A stretch of 60,001 nt of DNA, filler included, from Sphacelaria rigidula (lineage: Eukaryota): the NCBI GenBank assembly GCA_964200075.2. It is 8 parts of 8 records of this genome, joined end to end, with 100 filler letters (N's around TTAATTAATTAA, not from the genome) between each part and the next. Parts side by side here need not be neighbours in the genome. Positions count along the whole stretch, not along the records: positions 45,078 to 52,489 come from CAXNAA020015045.1; positions 52,590 to 60,001 come from CAXNAA020015046.1; 6 more parts are not named here. One strand, written 5' to 3'. Of the stretch, positions 48,162 to 60,001 are shown piece after piece; within the stretch, counting starts at the first letter, position 1; every line of letters starts with the position of its first letter. The translations under genes and the position numbers were made by a program. The notes under the pieces are model-generated. The model searched no databases. It was given only the letters and a program-made list of their open reading frames with translations, and was not told where the DNA came from.

Positions 48162-51058
48162 TCACCAACATCCCCAGCCCTCTGCCGCTGGCATTGGCGA
48201 CCCAGGACCGCCCACGCCTTCCCCGGGGCTCTGTTGGGACCGTGACGAGTTCCCCTGAAGCACCGTCACACAGAAAAAAAAAACGAGACACAAAATTCAG
48301 ATACGGGTGAATAAACTGCCAGAATCAGCCTGCGGATACGTAACAAGTGAGTGTTCTGCACGTCAAGAAAATGGGTATACTTACAGGCGCCGAAACAGAC
48401 GCGGCAGATAGGACACAGCTACAATACGTGGCATGTCCTCGGTAAATTAGATATACCGTACGCTCATTTGCCGATAACATCTGCAGCTGACTATGGACAC
48501 GCACAAGCAGTTCCTGTGAACGTTTGACTACCGCGGATGGCTGGCTTGTTGACGGCCACTTTGACTGAGTAAAGGATAAGCAGAATACACGTGAAAAGAT
48601 ACTTTGTTGGGTTCAAGCAACCAGCATGATTCAGTATGATTCATACGCTCTCGAGAGGACGGCACTACTCGCATGACGGTGTGTCTTGATCCAACAGACT
48701 GAGCGATGATAGCTGTCAGCCGTAACGTGTGTACATCTCTTGTACTCGGGAGAGTGCGGACAGAATCCGGTACTGCTGCACTATCAATACCTTTGCAGCA
48801 TTCGATCTTGTACGGCCAGTGTCAAAATCCAGTATATTGCCGCGAACAAGAAACCAACAGGACTGAAAGACCCTGTTTACTTGCTTTCTTCACCACGCAG
48901 GAAAATTGATATATCATTCAAAATGTAGTGACGAAAACATTCAGGTACCTCGCAGCAGGTAGGTGTGTCGAAGGCTGTAACACGTTGCGGGTTGATATTC
49001 AGCGTCATTTTATGGACTCGAAACACTCCCTCAGGACCCCAAAGACAGGCTTTCGAGCCCTTCACCAATGGCGAGATTTTCAGACGAACGAAAAACTTTT
49101 TTGTGGACACCTACATGAGGTGTCAACGCACATACCATGATAAATAATTTCTGATTCACTCACTCAGACACCCCAGCTGGGGGTGTCAGCAGTTTAGGGC
49201 GGGCGTGATTATACTCATTTTCATGAAAAATTTCACAGCTTGAACGAGAGTCAAAATAATATGCGGATTACTACGAATATATATATATACACACACTCAA
49301 GACCATTCAGACATGCTACTTCGTATCTTTGCATGTATCATACAGCCGCATCGTCGACAAGCACAAGTCTTCCTACACAACAACACAACAGCACAACAGC
49401 ACGTCAAGTCGGACTCGTGCACCACTGCAATATAGGTATCCCCGCAAATCGATGGTGCGGGCCTGAGCGACGTGTCGCACTTTGTTCGGCGACCTGCTAA
49501 ATTACAACCTGTGTTCGATATTTCTCTCGGTGTCTTCTTATAATACTACCGGTATCCGTCGTCACCAACTAAATAGGTTCGCACTGCCAACTCGTCTTCT
49601 TGTGAAATGTGAAAACGCGGGTTTTCCCCATGTTCACTTTGTACTGATAAATTGTACAAGCCACGCCGCGTCGCTGCCGCGTCCATCGCACCAGCCGAGA
49701 CCTGCGAGATGTGTACGGATTGTTTCGATCGCCGCGAGCCTGTGCCGTGTGACGCGCGCCACTACGTTTGCAAAGCGGCTGCTGTACAGACACGGACGCA
49801 AGTCTGGCCGGCGGTAATTTGAGTTATTGCGACTGACACTAATATCCTTTCTTTCGCCGTATCTTGGTTGGCCCAATTGAGCCTGTGAGTCGGCCTGGTG
49901 AAGCTCAAGGATGGAATAGGCATGCTATCGTCCCCGTTCTCATCGACGAGCCTTACCGTAGGCAAAAGTCGCGGACCCCAGTCGCGCCTTCGTCAGATAT
50001 GCTATAATGGCATGGACGCAAGCCAGCATCACAAGAAAACAAGATCCGTTCAAGTCTCACCCTGGCAAGCGCAACCCCCTCCGGCGTGATCTCGGGGGTC
50101 GGCGCTCCGCGGCTCGTCCCTACCCTGGTCAACTGTGTCGAGCCATTCGGCAACATTGCCACGTCGTCGTCATCTTCCATGGCATCCTCCATCGAAGGAA
50201 CAAACGACCCAGCGGTCGACACCGACAACACATCCGCTACCGCTGCATCCCCACTTTCATCATCGTCCGTCATCGGCCCGGCGGCAATATCCGCCGCCGA
50301 GTGAGCAAACCCACCGCCGGCCTGCAAGCCTCTCAATCCCCCGCTGTCGTCGCCAAACAAGCCGCCTACGCCGCCGCCAAACAAGCCGTCACCTGCTCGT
50401 CGTTCGTAGCTCCGGTTGTCATCACAGCCGCTGTTGGTTACCTCGGCGGTTCCGCTCCCTGCAATTTGCGCCGCACCCATTCCCGCCCGACGCCGTCCTC
50501 CTCCAGCAGCAGAAGCAGCAGCAGTAGCAGGTGATGATGACGATGACGAGGAAATGGCCGCGCGTTGGTCGCCGTAGTTTCCGGTCGCCCCCGGAGACGG
50601 GGTGGGGTCTCCGCCGCCGTCGCCGCCGTCGCCGCCCCCGCTCTCAACAACCCCGTCTTCATCCTCAGAGTTGGCCGAGGTAGTGTCGGCGTCTCCGAGC
50701 AACCGCAAGGGCTTGTAGACGGTCAACGCTCGGCACGCGTCGGGTGCGGTGCCAACGGACGCATCTGCGAGCAAGCGGTGTCGAGACCAGCGCACCCAGT
50801 CGTCCACCTTGTCGTCGACGGCCGAGCTATTGGAGCGCTTAAAAGGGTGCGGGAGTTGTTCAGCGCCGTCCTTGTTTTCTTGGCGTTTTCGGCCGTCGCC
50901 TCGAGATAGGAAAGGGGCGGGGCTATCGTCGAAGTCATCGGTGTCATCTTCGTCGTCGGTGTCCACACCGGTGGTGTCCAGCTGCGCGGAGGACATGTGC
51001 ATGGACATGGATTGCATGCCGTTGAGAGAGTTTCGGACCTCGTCCATGTTCTCGTCAT
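48162..51058 (-). CDS. Unknown acidic/low-complexity protein, last two exons (50124-51058, 48162-48254)
   Basis: A 935-bp AG/GT-bounded exon within ORF 49953-51131 splices in phase 0 to GNSSRSQQSPGEGVGGPGSPMPAAEGWGCW*. Upstream exon not seen. Confidence 0.7.
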
Positions 51059-51379
51059 CTGCGAGATGAGACGGCCCAGAGGAGCGCAAAGAGATAATAA
51101 ATAGCATGTTGCTGGGGACGTGAGTACACAACGCATCTTAATTGCTTCGTCCCGCACAAGTCGGAAGCCATGAGAGAACATAGCTTGTCAGCTGACAACT
51201 GACAGCACATATCCTGAAGTTCGATTGTCTTGGAAATAATACATCCCGCGTCTTCAGGTCGGGGGGGGGGGGGGGGGGCACCAACGAAAGCAGGGTGGGA
51301 TGCCCCCCCCCCTTTTTTTCCCGCANNNNNNNNNNCACCTGTTTTTTGTTTTGTTTTTGTGTTATAGTATCACCCGCCG

Positions 51380-51413
<34 letters not shown>

Positions 51414-53191
51414 GGCACCAACGAAAGCAGAGTGGGATGCTCTCACCCCTTTTTTTCTCGCAAGTCATGGAACCACCACCGTCGAAGCATTGTTTTTTTC
51501 ATGTCGTTTTGTTTCATCCCGTTACCTTGTTCCTTGTGCCCGGCCGAGGGGCAATGCCGCATTTCGTGCTTCTCATCTCTCTGTGGCGAGGACACGACTA
51601 TTTCTAATGTCATCGGTCAACATTTTTTCTTTGTTCTTCAAGCTGTTACATTCCATTGTATTTTCCTTCCATTCCTTCCCAACTACAGTGCCTGAGCATA
51701 ATTGTTCTGAGACGAGGATTCGAGCTTGTGCATGTTGATCATTAACTCCGCAAGAAACGAAAGACTTGAAGCAAACGCCACGCGTCTAGCTAGTCAAGTA
51801 GCCGTATGAGCCCCGTGTACGGAATGTACACTGTCTATACTTGGCCCCCAGTGTATGCAAGATATGAAAAATGGCAAAATTACTCCCAAGAAGTAATTTA
51901 CTGACCGGATGATGAAATAATTATGTGATGGTGGGGTGGCTGATGAAAATGCGGCAACGTAGGAGTTGGCACTACACGGCACTGCGAACAAAAAATCAGT
52001 AGTGCAGTTTTGGATTGACCCATGTAAATCGTCTCGGTGCCCGAGGCGAGAAGCTGACAGTCTCGGAATTGTGAAAATGGCGCGCAGGTGCAGGTGTACA
52101 TGGACGCCTGTCGAACGTGGGTACTGGGCAGATTTTGTCGATGAAGCAGCTTTAGCCGACAGGACTACGCCCTGTCTTATCGGGACGGAAATCTCGGCTA
52201 GCAAACAGATTTGCGCCCCTGATGACCACATGGTGCGGTCTGCAGCCAGCTCAGTCATAACCAGCCAGTTCAGTCGTGACCTACATCTACAGCCTTCCAT
52301 GCTGTACAGCCTCGTCATCTGATTTCCTGGGAGGAACCCATCAAGGGTTGTGTCGGGATCGGTAGTACCTCTTCGCCTGGCGAGGGAGGAGGGGCGGGGG
52401 GGGGGGGGGGGACTTTCTGTCTCCTCTCTCCTTCCGTTTTCACTCTTCCTTCTTCAGTTTCTCCTTTTTTTTTTTCTCTTCCCCTTTTTNNNNNNNNNNN
52501 NNNNNNNNNNNNNNNNNNNNNNNNNNNNNNNNNTTAATTAATTAANNNNNNNNNNNNNNNNNNNNNNNNNNNNNNNNNNNNNNNNNNNNCCCCCCCCCCC
52601 CCCCCCCCTCCCGCCGGCGGGCGGGGGGGGTGGTGTAAGATAAACAGAGGAGAGAAACAAGAAGGGCCCCCCCCCCCCCCCCCCCCCCCGACAAAATTGA
52701 GGAATCAGGCCAGGCTGGATGTGGCTGTTCTTGTCACCCTTCCCTTTGCTCCGCTTCATTGTTATTCCCCTCTGTCCATGTCATCGCATTATTTCACTGT
52801 CTTACTATGCCCCCTTGCTCTTGCTGTTCGGGCTTACCAGCAGGCATTCGTTGGTGCTATATCATCATGGTTATGCTTTTTTCCCCTTCCAAGATAACCG
52901 TTTTCTCTCGTTGTTTTTCTCTTTTCTTCTTTTTGTTTTTTCTTCTTTTCGGTTTTCGTTTTTCGTTTTTTTTTATTCGTTCTTCATTTTTTGTTCAAAC
53001 CTTCTCATATGTGTGTTTTTTTTTCTCTTGTGTTACTTCTTCTTTTTTTTCGGTCGTGTCTCAAATATATATATATTTTTTTTCTCTTGTGTTACTTCTT
53101 CTTCTTTTTTTTCGGTCGTGTCTCAAATATATATATATTTTTTTCGCTTTTTTTTTCCCTCTATTTCCCCCGTGTGCGTCCAACCAAACAG

Positions 53192-56100
53192 CTGCGGAAT
53201 GAGGCGTCTCAGGAGGCGTTGGCCGTGCTGGCCGCCTGCCCCGCGCTATACCTCACGGCATCCGTTGACCACATCAACGCACCGCTCATGTGGGACGTGT
53301 CGCTATTCCAAAAGTTTAACTGGGTGAGTTAGCCGTCACTGAGCTGATTGTCCGAATAGAATAATCACGATCACCACATACCCTTCTGGGGTACCGCATT
53401 CCCTGACGTTCCTAGGATACCGTAAATCCGGTCCCCTTGGACAACATCCACGAGGATCATTTCCCAAAGCCAAGGGACTTCTTCCTAGCTGTCTGTCTGG
53501 TCCCCAACCAAATGCGCCCCCTTTAACCCTTTCCCTTTGGACTCCGTTGACGATTTTTGCTTTTGTGAGTCAGCACCATTTTCAGCCATTTTCAAGGCAA
53601 AATGATGCCGATTCACGAAAGCAAAAATCGCCCATGGGTTCCGAGAGGAACAATAGTGCGATTGTCGACCTGTGTGTGCTCCGCACTACAACTTCGCATC
53701 CACGAACCTCGGGTTTACAGCCATTGAGAGCACCGATGCAGCGCCCGCGGCAAAGCAGGCAGTCTTTTACGTGGCAGCATCGTGGGTTCGTAAGATCGGA
53801 CGATGAAAAAATTAGCATGGCACCGTTTAACCCCTGGACATCGAGAGTAGCTCATCTGTTGAGTCGGCATCAATTTCACTTGAAAAAGTATGCATAGTCC
53901 AGATGGACTACGTTCGCGGTCTAAGGGTTAATCAGCGAACCACTCGCCTGATGATGTGATTGGTAGCCATTCGCAGTAAAGGCTCGGAAAAAATATTACT
54001 TTCTTTGTCGTTGATATTTTTCTATGCGTTTGGTTGCTGACGCGGAAAATACCAAGGGTCGGTCGAGTAGAGTATGTACTTTTGAGTTTTTATTTATTAT
54101 ATTATTTCCGCACATTAGTCTGATCTGAGTACTCGGGTAAAATACTCAAGTATTTACTCTACTCGACTTTTGAGTAGGTCGAGTACGGCCTCGAATACTA
54201 TACTCGATTTTTGAGTACGTCGAGCACGGCCTCAAATACTCTACTCGAATTTTGAGTAGGTTGAGTATGGTCTCAAATATTCTACTCAAATTTTGAGTAG
54301 ACCGAGTACGACCTCAAATACTTTACTCAAACTTTGAGTACTAAAAGTATGACTCCTCAGAAATACTGAGTATTGAGTATACTCTACTCGACCTACCCTT
54401 GGGAAATACCTTCACTCGCCCCAACCTCGACCGGCGTGCCGCGGTCCTCTAGAAAAAGCTTGTAGAGCAAGGCATTCTGAATTGAAGACAAGAAATTGCC
54501 TTGAGCCATCTCTGCAGATATAATACGTATGCGAACTGTCAAGTGGGCGGTACACTTGAGTACACCGAGATTAATGAAATAGAATAAGGGAACTAAAGAA
54601 AAAAAGGAAGAAAATAACCGAGTTCTCTGCCTCTGATGCATCGAACTCACCCCATCAACCTTGTGTCTGCGATACGGCCCACTTGGGTCCATGCATGTCA
54701 TCACAGACTGTTCGTGGTTCGGCTACATCTACGGGTTTTCGGTAGCAAATATCCACAAACGCGTCACAAAGAGAATTGAGAACTTGCAACAGTGTGTGTG
54801 GGTTAAGAAATGCAATCGGTATTGATTTGATCCCGAGCGACCAAAGAGTGAAGAGTTCAAATACGGAGAGAAGGAAAGCCAGGACCCCAAAACAACAGTC
54901 ATTCTGTGAGTTGGACGAGTCGGACGTAAACTACCCTCGTTTCTCGACCCCTACAGTTGACGGTGAAATATCCGTCAGTACAGCACAGTGTCTGAAAACA
55001 ACGAGGCAAAAAAGCACGAAATCAATCGTTTGGGACTTTACGCCGCGGTGTTGTGGTGAGTGCAATTAGTACCAGTATTGTGGTTCCACCATTACTAACT
55101 ACAATACTATTATTATTACTTCTACCATTGTTGTCACTCATATTTTTACTATAAGTGTAACCATTATTACGATTAATTAATTTGTCACTGTAATTGTTAC
55201 CATTATACTTACTGTTATTGTTCCTAATATTAACAGTGCTGTCAGTACTAGTCCTCTTTAGACACAATTTGGATCCTTCCATTTCCTCTGGGCGACTCCG
55301 TGATCTACTAGTCTCAGGGGTCCAGCCCATCTCGTCCCCGGTACTGGTAGTGACGCAACTTCGTTTCCCCTTATCCCTGATGGATTTCATCACCCAAATG
55401 TCTCTCACATGTTAGCCCGATTCCTCGAACCCGTGCTCGCAGGGTACACGTAGACACGCTATCACCGCGGTATAAATATACACCATATTTGAGTTGGTAT
55501 GGAGGGAAACACGACCAAACAGTCCTGTGTGGGAGCTCTATGTTCAGCGAGTGCAGCTCCTATCGATTGCTTCATACGCCTAAACATTCTTCGCCTCCGC
55601 CCCCACCACCTACCCACACCCCGCGTGCTCATTTTGGATTTTAATTCACCCTTTCAACGACGGTGGACGGTGGTCTGGCGCTACCCTGCGTGGATGGGTA
55701 TTTGCTCACGATTAACGACTGTGCGTACCTTCTTCAACACGTCGGGTATGTGTCTCGTGTTCGCTCGGCCGCGATATCTTTCCCCCCCCTTCCCCCCCGA
55801 CGAAAAAATAATTCAGGCCTGGCACGAGACCAACACCTACTCTCCCTACATGGAGGAGGTGAGGAATGGACTGAATAGATACTTTTGTCTTGTGATTTAC
55901 ATATCGCACTAGAGACGTCATATTTAGGGCGCACCAAGACATATTGGTAATTTTTTCCTCCCGTGTCTCTCATGCATGTCAGTGTGATGAAAGTTGTATG
56001 GCTTGGTTTTGGTGTACGAGTGCTCTCGTAGTGAACGATGTCCCGACAGCTTCTACCCAGAAGGGTTGGTTGACATCTCTATCTCGGAACAACATTTCTG

Positions 56101-59100
56101 GTTGACACTCGAATGCCCGGTAGTCGCAATGGTTGGGGGGAATTTTGTTCCGAGTTTAGTGAGGTGATTCTTCAGTGCTGGCCATTATCTATTTTCATGT
56201 GTTTTGTGTTCCGCTATCGTCTCGTTGCGTCAGAACACGCTCCCTGATCGTCTCTTGCCTAGATCCTGCATGCATAAAAAATCACCAATGTGTAAACGCC
56301 AGACTTTCTCTGAATCCATGAAGCCTTAGACCAACTCTAATGGGAGCCGTTCAAAATTTCTGTTCAGCATTGCCTTTTTGGCCCTTCTCGGTCGTTTTAC
56401 GCCTGAAGAGAGGGCTGGGCGGATGTTGACTCCTCGGAATGACTTGCTCTACTCATTGAGGCTGTTCCAGGGCAACCTTGCATTTCCCGCTGGCCGCACC
56501 TTCATTTTTGGCCAAACACGGATTTCCAACAATAAACGGTCAAGCGATCAGAAAACAGGGGGAAATTTTGATCACCTGACTGTTTTTTACTGAAAATCCG
56601 TGCCTCGCCTCATTTGGCCAGAAAAAAAAGTGCGGCCAGCGGGAAATGCAAAGTTGCCGTAGAACGGCCTCAACGAGTAGAGCAAGTCATTCCAAGGCGT
56701 CAGCATCCGCCTAGCCCTCTTTTCGGGTGTAAATCGACGGAGAAGGGCCAAAAAGGCAGTTTTGAACAGGAATTTTGAACGGCTGCCATTAGAGTTGGCC
56801 TTACACACACACATATATACATATATACACATATATATATACATATATATATATATAAATTATACTTGTGTAAATGTGTCGTTGTGTACAGATTTCAAAA
56901 GTACTCGAGAAATGTCTTGAGTAAATGTTCCGGAATGACGTCACCATACCTAGCGGCATTCCTTGATGAATTAATGTTTATGTGGCCTCACTCCATAATC
57001 GATTATCATCGTTCTATTTGTCGCTTACCCCCTCGCCTTGTTCTTGCTTGTTGTGAAATTAAAAAAAAACGCAGCTGCGGGGGCATCCCGACCTACAGTT
57101 CGTCGAGGACGAAGGCCACGCGGTGCGGAGAATTTCGTCGGTGTTCACAGCGCTGACGAAGAGGCATGTCGACGTCGCCGTGTGCGTGGCCAAGAGACTC
57201 AAGAGCTGTCCTCAACTTAACGGTACGGGGGATAGGTGGCGAGTTGCTGCTTGCTCCATTGCTCTCTTGATTACTTGATTGTGTGTGTGAGAGAGAGGCA
57301 GAGAGACTGGGATAGAGAGAAAGTCAATGGGAAGACGAGCACGGGAAAACATTGACCACTTTTACTTGACACGCTTGTACACCACGAGACGTTTGTGCAG
57401 TGTCTGCAGTGTGTTGAGCTGTGTTGTGTTGTTTTGTCATCCCATCTATTCTGGACGCCAGTCTAGTACACCTTTCGGTATGTGGCGGCGTATCGGCCGG
57501 AGTCACGCAGGAGGAGGTCAACGCAGGGGTTCTTTTTCTCTCTCTCTTTTATTTTTACACTGTATCAGTATTTCACCTTCCTTCTGCGGTGCTTGCTGTG
57601 CTTGCTGTGCTTGCTGTGCTTGCTGTGCTTGCCTCACTTTTTATTGCGAGAAGCGTTCAGCGACCCCTTACTCCCGTCGATTGTGAAGTCGAATATTTGT
57701 GTACCCACGACATAATCGCTCTCCACTGTGGGGCATGATTTGAGAAAGAAATTCCAGAGCGTGTGATTTCACTGAACTTCGAACCCACGTCTCAGCCATT
57801 AAAAGGTTTCAGGATTACCAACCGAGCCACCGGGGCGACCGGTCAACAGTAAGTGCTGCGTCGATTTTTATATTGCGGTACTTGATCCTTGGCGGGAAAG
57901 ATCGGAGGTTGGCTCGTCCAATACGTGCACTATCATTTTTTACGGATATGTGCCGTTTGTAGTTTTTCTTGTGTTTTCCTTCGAAGATATATGTATCCAT
58001 GGATACATACTCTGTGGGCTTCTGAAGTGTTGTCCCGGTGAAGTTGATGGAGGGGAAGGAGAGGAAATTGCGGATTTTGATGTAGGCCAGGATGAAGACA
58101 TACGAATGGCATCATTTGAGACGCATACCGTTACAGATATGCAGCCAGATGCACCCGTTATTTTATCATTTTTTTTCGTGGTCGGCCGTAACGGAATCTA
58201 AGAATTTATCGGGGGCCTTCGTATGCAACATGCTGCGCAAGTATCGAAGCGTCGATTGATTTTATTTTGCTTGTTTCGGCATGTTACAATGGTGCCTGTT
58301 TTAGAGCAACAGCTGCTAAGAGCCAAACTTGCGGGGATATCTACCGGTAAAAGGGGCAATATACATACACAAATATATATATATATATGTCAAGATTTCG
58401 TGCAGCCTTTGGCGTCTGGTGAGGTAGGAGACTTGAGTATTTCACGGTTGATAAAAAGATCACTCATGGGACCTGTCGATGTCGGGTTGATTTCGGAGTT
58501 CTACGTGACAGATAATGAGTGCTAAAGGTGTTTCTTTCTTGCCCTCAGCGCAGCTTTTTTCTCGTCAACCGCTGAGTGGCTGCGATCCTCAGCATGACGC
58601 CACTGCAGTAGGCTGCCCCACCGCTGTTGTATTTTGTGTGGACATCTCAGAGCGGTGCGGGAGAAAAAAATCGTGAATAGTCGCATGTCGAGCGCACAAA
58701 CAAAATCGCGTGAACGGAGTTTATTTTGTTTCTCGGTCTTTATCCTCTTCGTCCCCTCATCATGCTCCTGCTTTGATTTTTTTACCTTCGCGCGTAGTAC
58801 ATACATACTGCAGCCTGAACGACCATTCTGATATTGAAGGTCAACGAAGCCTATGTCTCATCCACTGTGTTGCGGCCTTGGTAAAAGGTGTTGTGTCAAC
58901 TCCCTCCTTCAACACCCGTACACGCACATGGGCAGCAGCATATCGTCATGGAGGTGTATTTATCGTCTTTGTTGCCTCCTTCCCCCCTCTGTTTTCTCCC
59001 TAACTCTCTCTCTTCCTCTCCGTCGCCCCATGTACCGCGTTATTATCCAGGCAAGTGGTCGTACCAGGAAGCGCTGGCTGAACTCAGGCATAAGCTCACC

Positions 59101-59145
59101 GCCCACTCTGCCCAAGACTTGAATCAGCTGCTCACGGAACTCACG
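53192..59145 (+). CDS. ORC2: Origin recognition complex subunit 2, internal exons 53192-53323, 55817-55858, 57075-57222, 59051-59145
   Basis: Phase-compatible splicing gives LRNEASQEALAVLAACPALYLTASVDHINAPLMWDVSLFQKFNW|AWHETNTYSPYMEE|LRGHP...SVFTALTKRH...|GKWSYQEALAELRHKLTAHSAQDLNQLLTELT. This matches the ORC2 ASxDHINAPLxWD...FNW...TYxPY and winged-helix region. Confidence 0.9.
53831..53927. mobile_element. piggyBac-like TTAA MITE, third copy
   Basis: ttaa-cccctgga...cgcggtctaaggg-ttaa; body shared with 14446-14547. Confidence 0.75.
54053..54401. mobile_element. hAT-like MITE with internal ~41-bp tandem repeats
   Basis: TIRs caagggtcggtcgagtagagta / tactctactcgacctacccttg; 8-bp flanks gaaaatac and ggaaatac; repeated unit tactctactcga..tttgagtaggtcgagtacggcctc. 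Confidence 0.75.
55070..55475 (-). mobile_element. tRNA-derived SINE family C with a degenerate (AAT/AGT)n tail
   Basis: Minus-strand head with a gggttcgag B-box-like motif, ~200-bp body, then a long trinucleotide-rich tail at 55070-55250. Confidence 0.45.
56329..56800. mobile_element. PIF/Harbinger (Tourist-like) foldback MITE with TTA TSD in an ORC2 intron
   Basis: tta|gaccaactctaatgg...ccattagagttggcc|tta; arms complementary over ~200 bp. Confidence 0.85.
57417..57842 (-). mobile_element. tRNA-derived SINE family A, near full length (~425 bp)
   Basis: Head ggtcgccccggtggctcggttgg (A box) and gggttcgaag (B box), an internal 9-bp repeat expansion, and tail gacaaaacaacacaacac. Homologous to 21755-22335. 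Confidence 0.8.
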
Positions 59146-60001
59146 GTACGGTATAGTGCGGTTGAAGTAAAATACCTTCAGTAGAAAAAAATATCAACAA
59201 GACTTATATTTTGCTTGGACAGGAACGCCTGAAAAACTTGATTTTTGATGCTTGAAGAACCATCAAAGTTAAAATATATTTTTGAAGATGTTTTTTTTTT
59301 CACGTTACCAAATGCCGTAAAAAACTGAACTTTTTTTTTGTAAAAAAATTACAGAATTTTGATCATTTTCAGGGCCTCACAAGCTGGGGCTTTGTGGCTT
59401 TTCTATCGTGCTACAAGTGCGATGTAGCGACATGCCGAAGCGAATGGGGTGGATTCGATCGTGTCAGGCCTCTTCACAGCGTCGACAATTTGTGCTGGCG
59501 TAGTTCGTCGTTTACCGTGTGGAACATGACACAACACACGATACTCGGTACAGGGGACGGGGGCGGGGCGGGGCGGGGTGGGGTGGGGTGGGGTTTCTTC
59601 GTGGTGTTTTGTTTGCGGTATTTTGTTTTTGTAGATTGGGGCAACGTGTTTTTTTTTTCCATCACAAATTTCGTCGTCTCGTAGCAGCGGTGTCGATATA
59701 TCACGTCCTTCAGCAAAGAACGGAAAGCGCTGGGCCCGATCACCCAAAAAAACAGCGGAATTCACGAAGGGAAACTGGGTTCACTGCTGAATTTTTGTAA
59801 CAGACTGCCCGAAAAAAGTAAATAGTGTGGGCGTGGCGTCGCGATGTTCACCCACCACGCGCAACATTTCGTCAGTTCTGTCTGTCCGTCTTCTCCTCGA
59901 GCTCTGCCTCCCTCGCTCTATTCCCCTCCCCCCCCCCCCCGCCCCCCCCCCTACCGGAGCCCTGCCCCATCGTCACACGAACAAGAGAAGCAAACAACAA
60001 G

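Noticed and set aside
51260..51440. Duplicated poly-G + caccaacgaaagcag block
   Set aside because: Flanks a small N gap and homopolymers; likely an assembly artefact.
7414..52589. Regularly spaced TTAATTAATTAA motifs (~7.5-kb period)
   Set aside because: Always embedded in N runs; an artificial six-frame-stop linker, not biology. Adjacency across linkers is therefore unproven.
52719..53191. Phe-rich ORFs (also Tyr/Ile-rich ORFs at 15510-15829)
   Set aside because: Translations of T-rich or AT-rich low-complexity intronic sequence.
54150..54345. CRISPR-like array of ~41-bp repeats (also the 88-bp array at 33261)
   Set aside because: Contiguous tandem units without unique spacers, inside eukaryotic transposons; no cas genes.
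57770..57842. tRNA genes at 57770-57842, 22260-22335 and 42004-42075
   Set aside because: A/B boxes are present but there is no complete cloverleaf, and each continues into a repeated body, so these are SINE heads.
58043..58150. Acidic frame VDGGEGEEIADFDVGQDED as an extra ORC2 exon
   Set aside because: Exons 57075-57222 and 59051-59145 already join in phase, and no convincing donor site was found.
232..59145. TERT-RPN10-ORC2 as a functional genome-maintenance cluster
   Set aside because: The genes are separated by tens of kb, unrelated genes and several contig linkers; no evidence of co-regulation.

Overview
Intron-rich eukaryotic genomic DNA; gene architecture suggests a stramenopile, probably a brown alga (inference). 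The window consists of contigs joined by artificial N-TTAATTAATTAA-N linkers. By manual splicing I reconstruct four things. (1) The 5' ten exons of telomerase reverse transcriptase (TERT, minus strand, 10197 to <232; TEN/GQ, CP, QFP and T motifs), with very large low-complexity insertions in the RNA-binding domain and a decayed antisense LINE in intron 2. (2) The last two exons of proteasome subunit RPN10. (3) Four internal exons of a divergent ORC2 (plus strand). (4) Several unidentified multi-exon genes. The rest is a dense set of mobile DNA: a Copia remnant, two Ty3/Gypsy remnants, LINE fragments, three tRNA-derived SINE families, and many MITE/foldback families with readable target-site duplications (TTAA, TTA, 4 bp, 7 bp, 8 bp). 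The best non-TE novelty candidates are the expanded TERT architecture and an isolated ~110-nt near-perfect hairpin (16876-16985) that resembles a pre-miRNA. I found no convincing wholly new multi-gene system.
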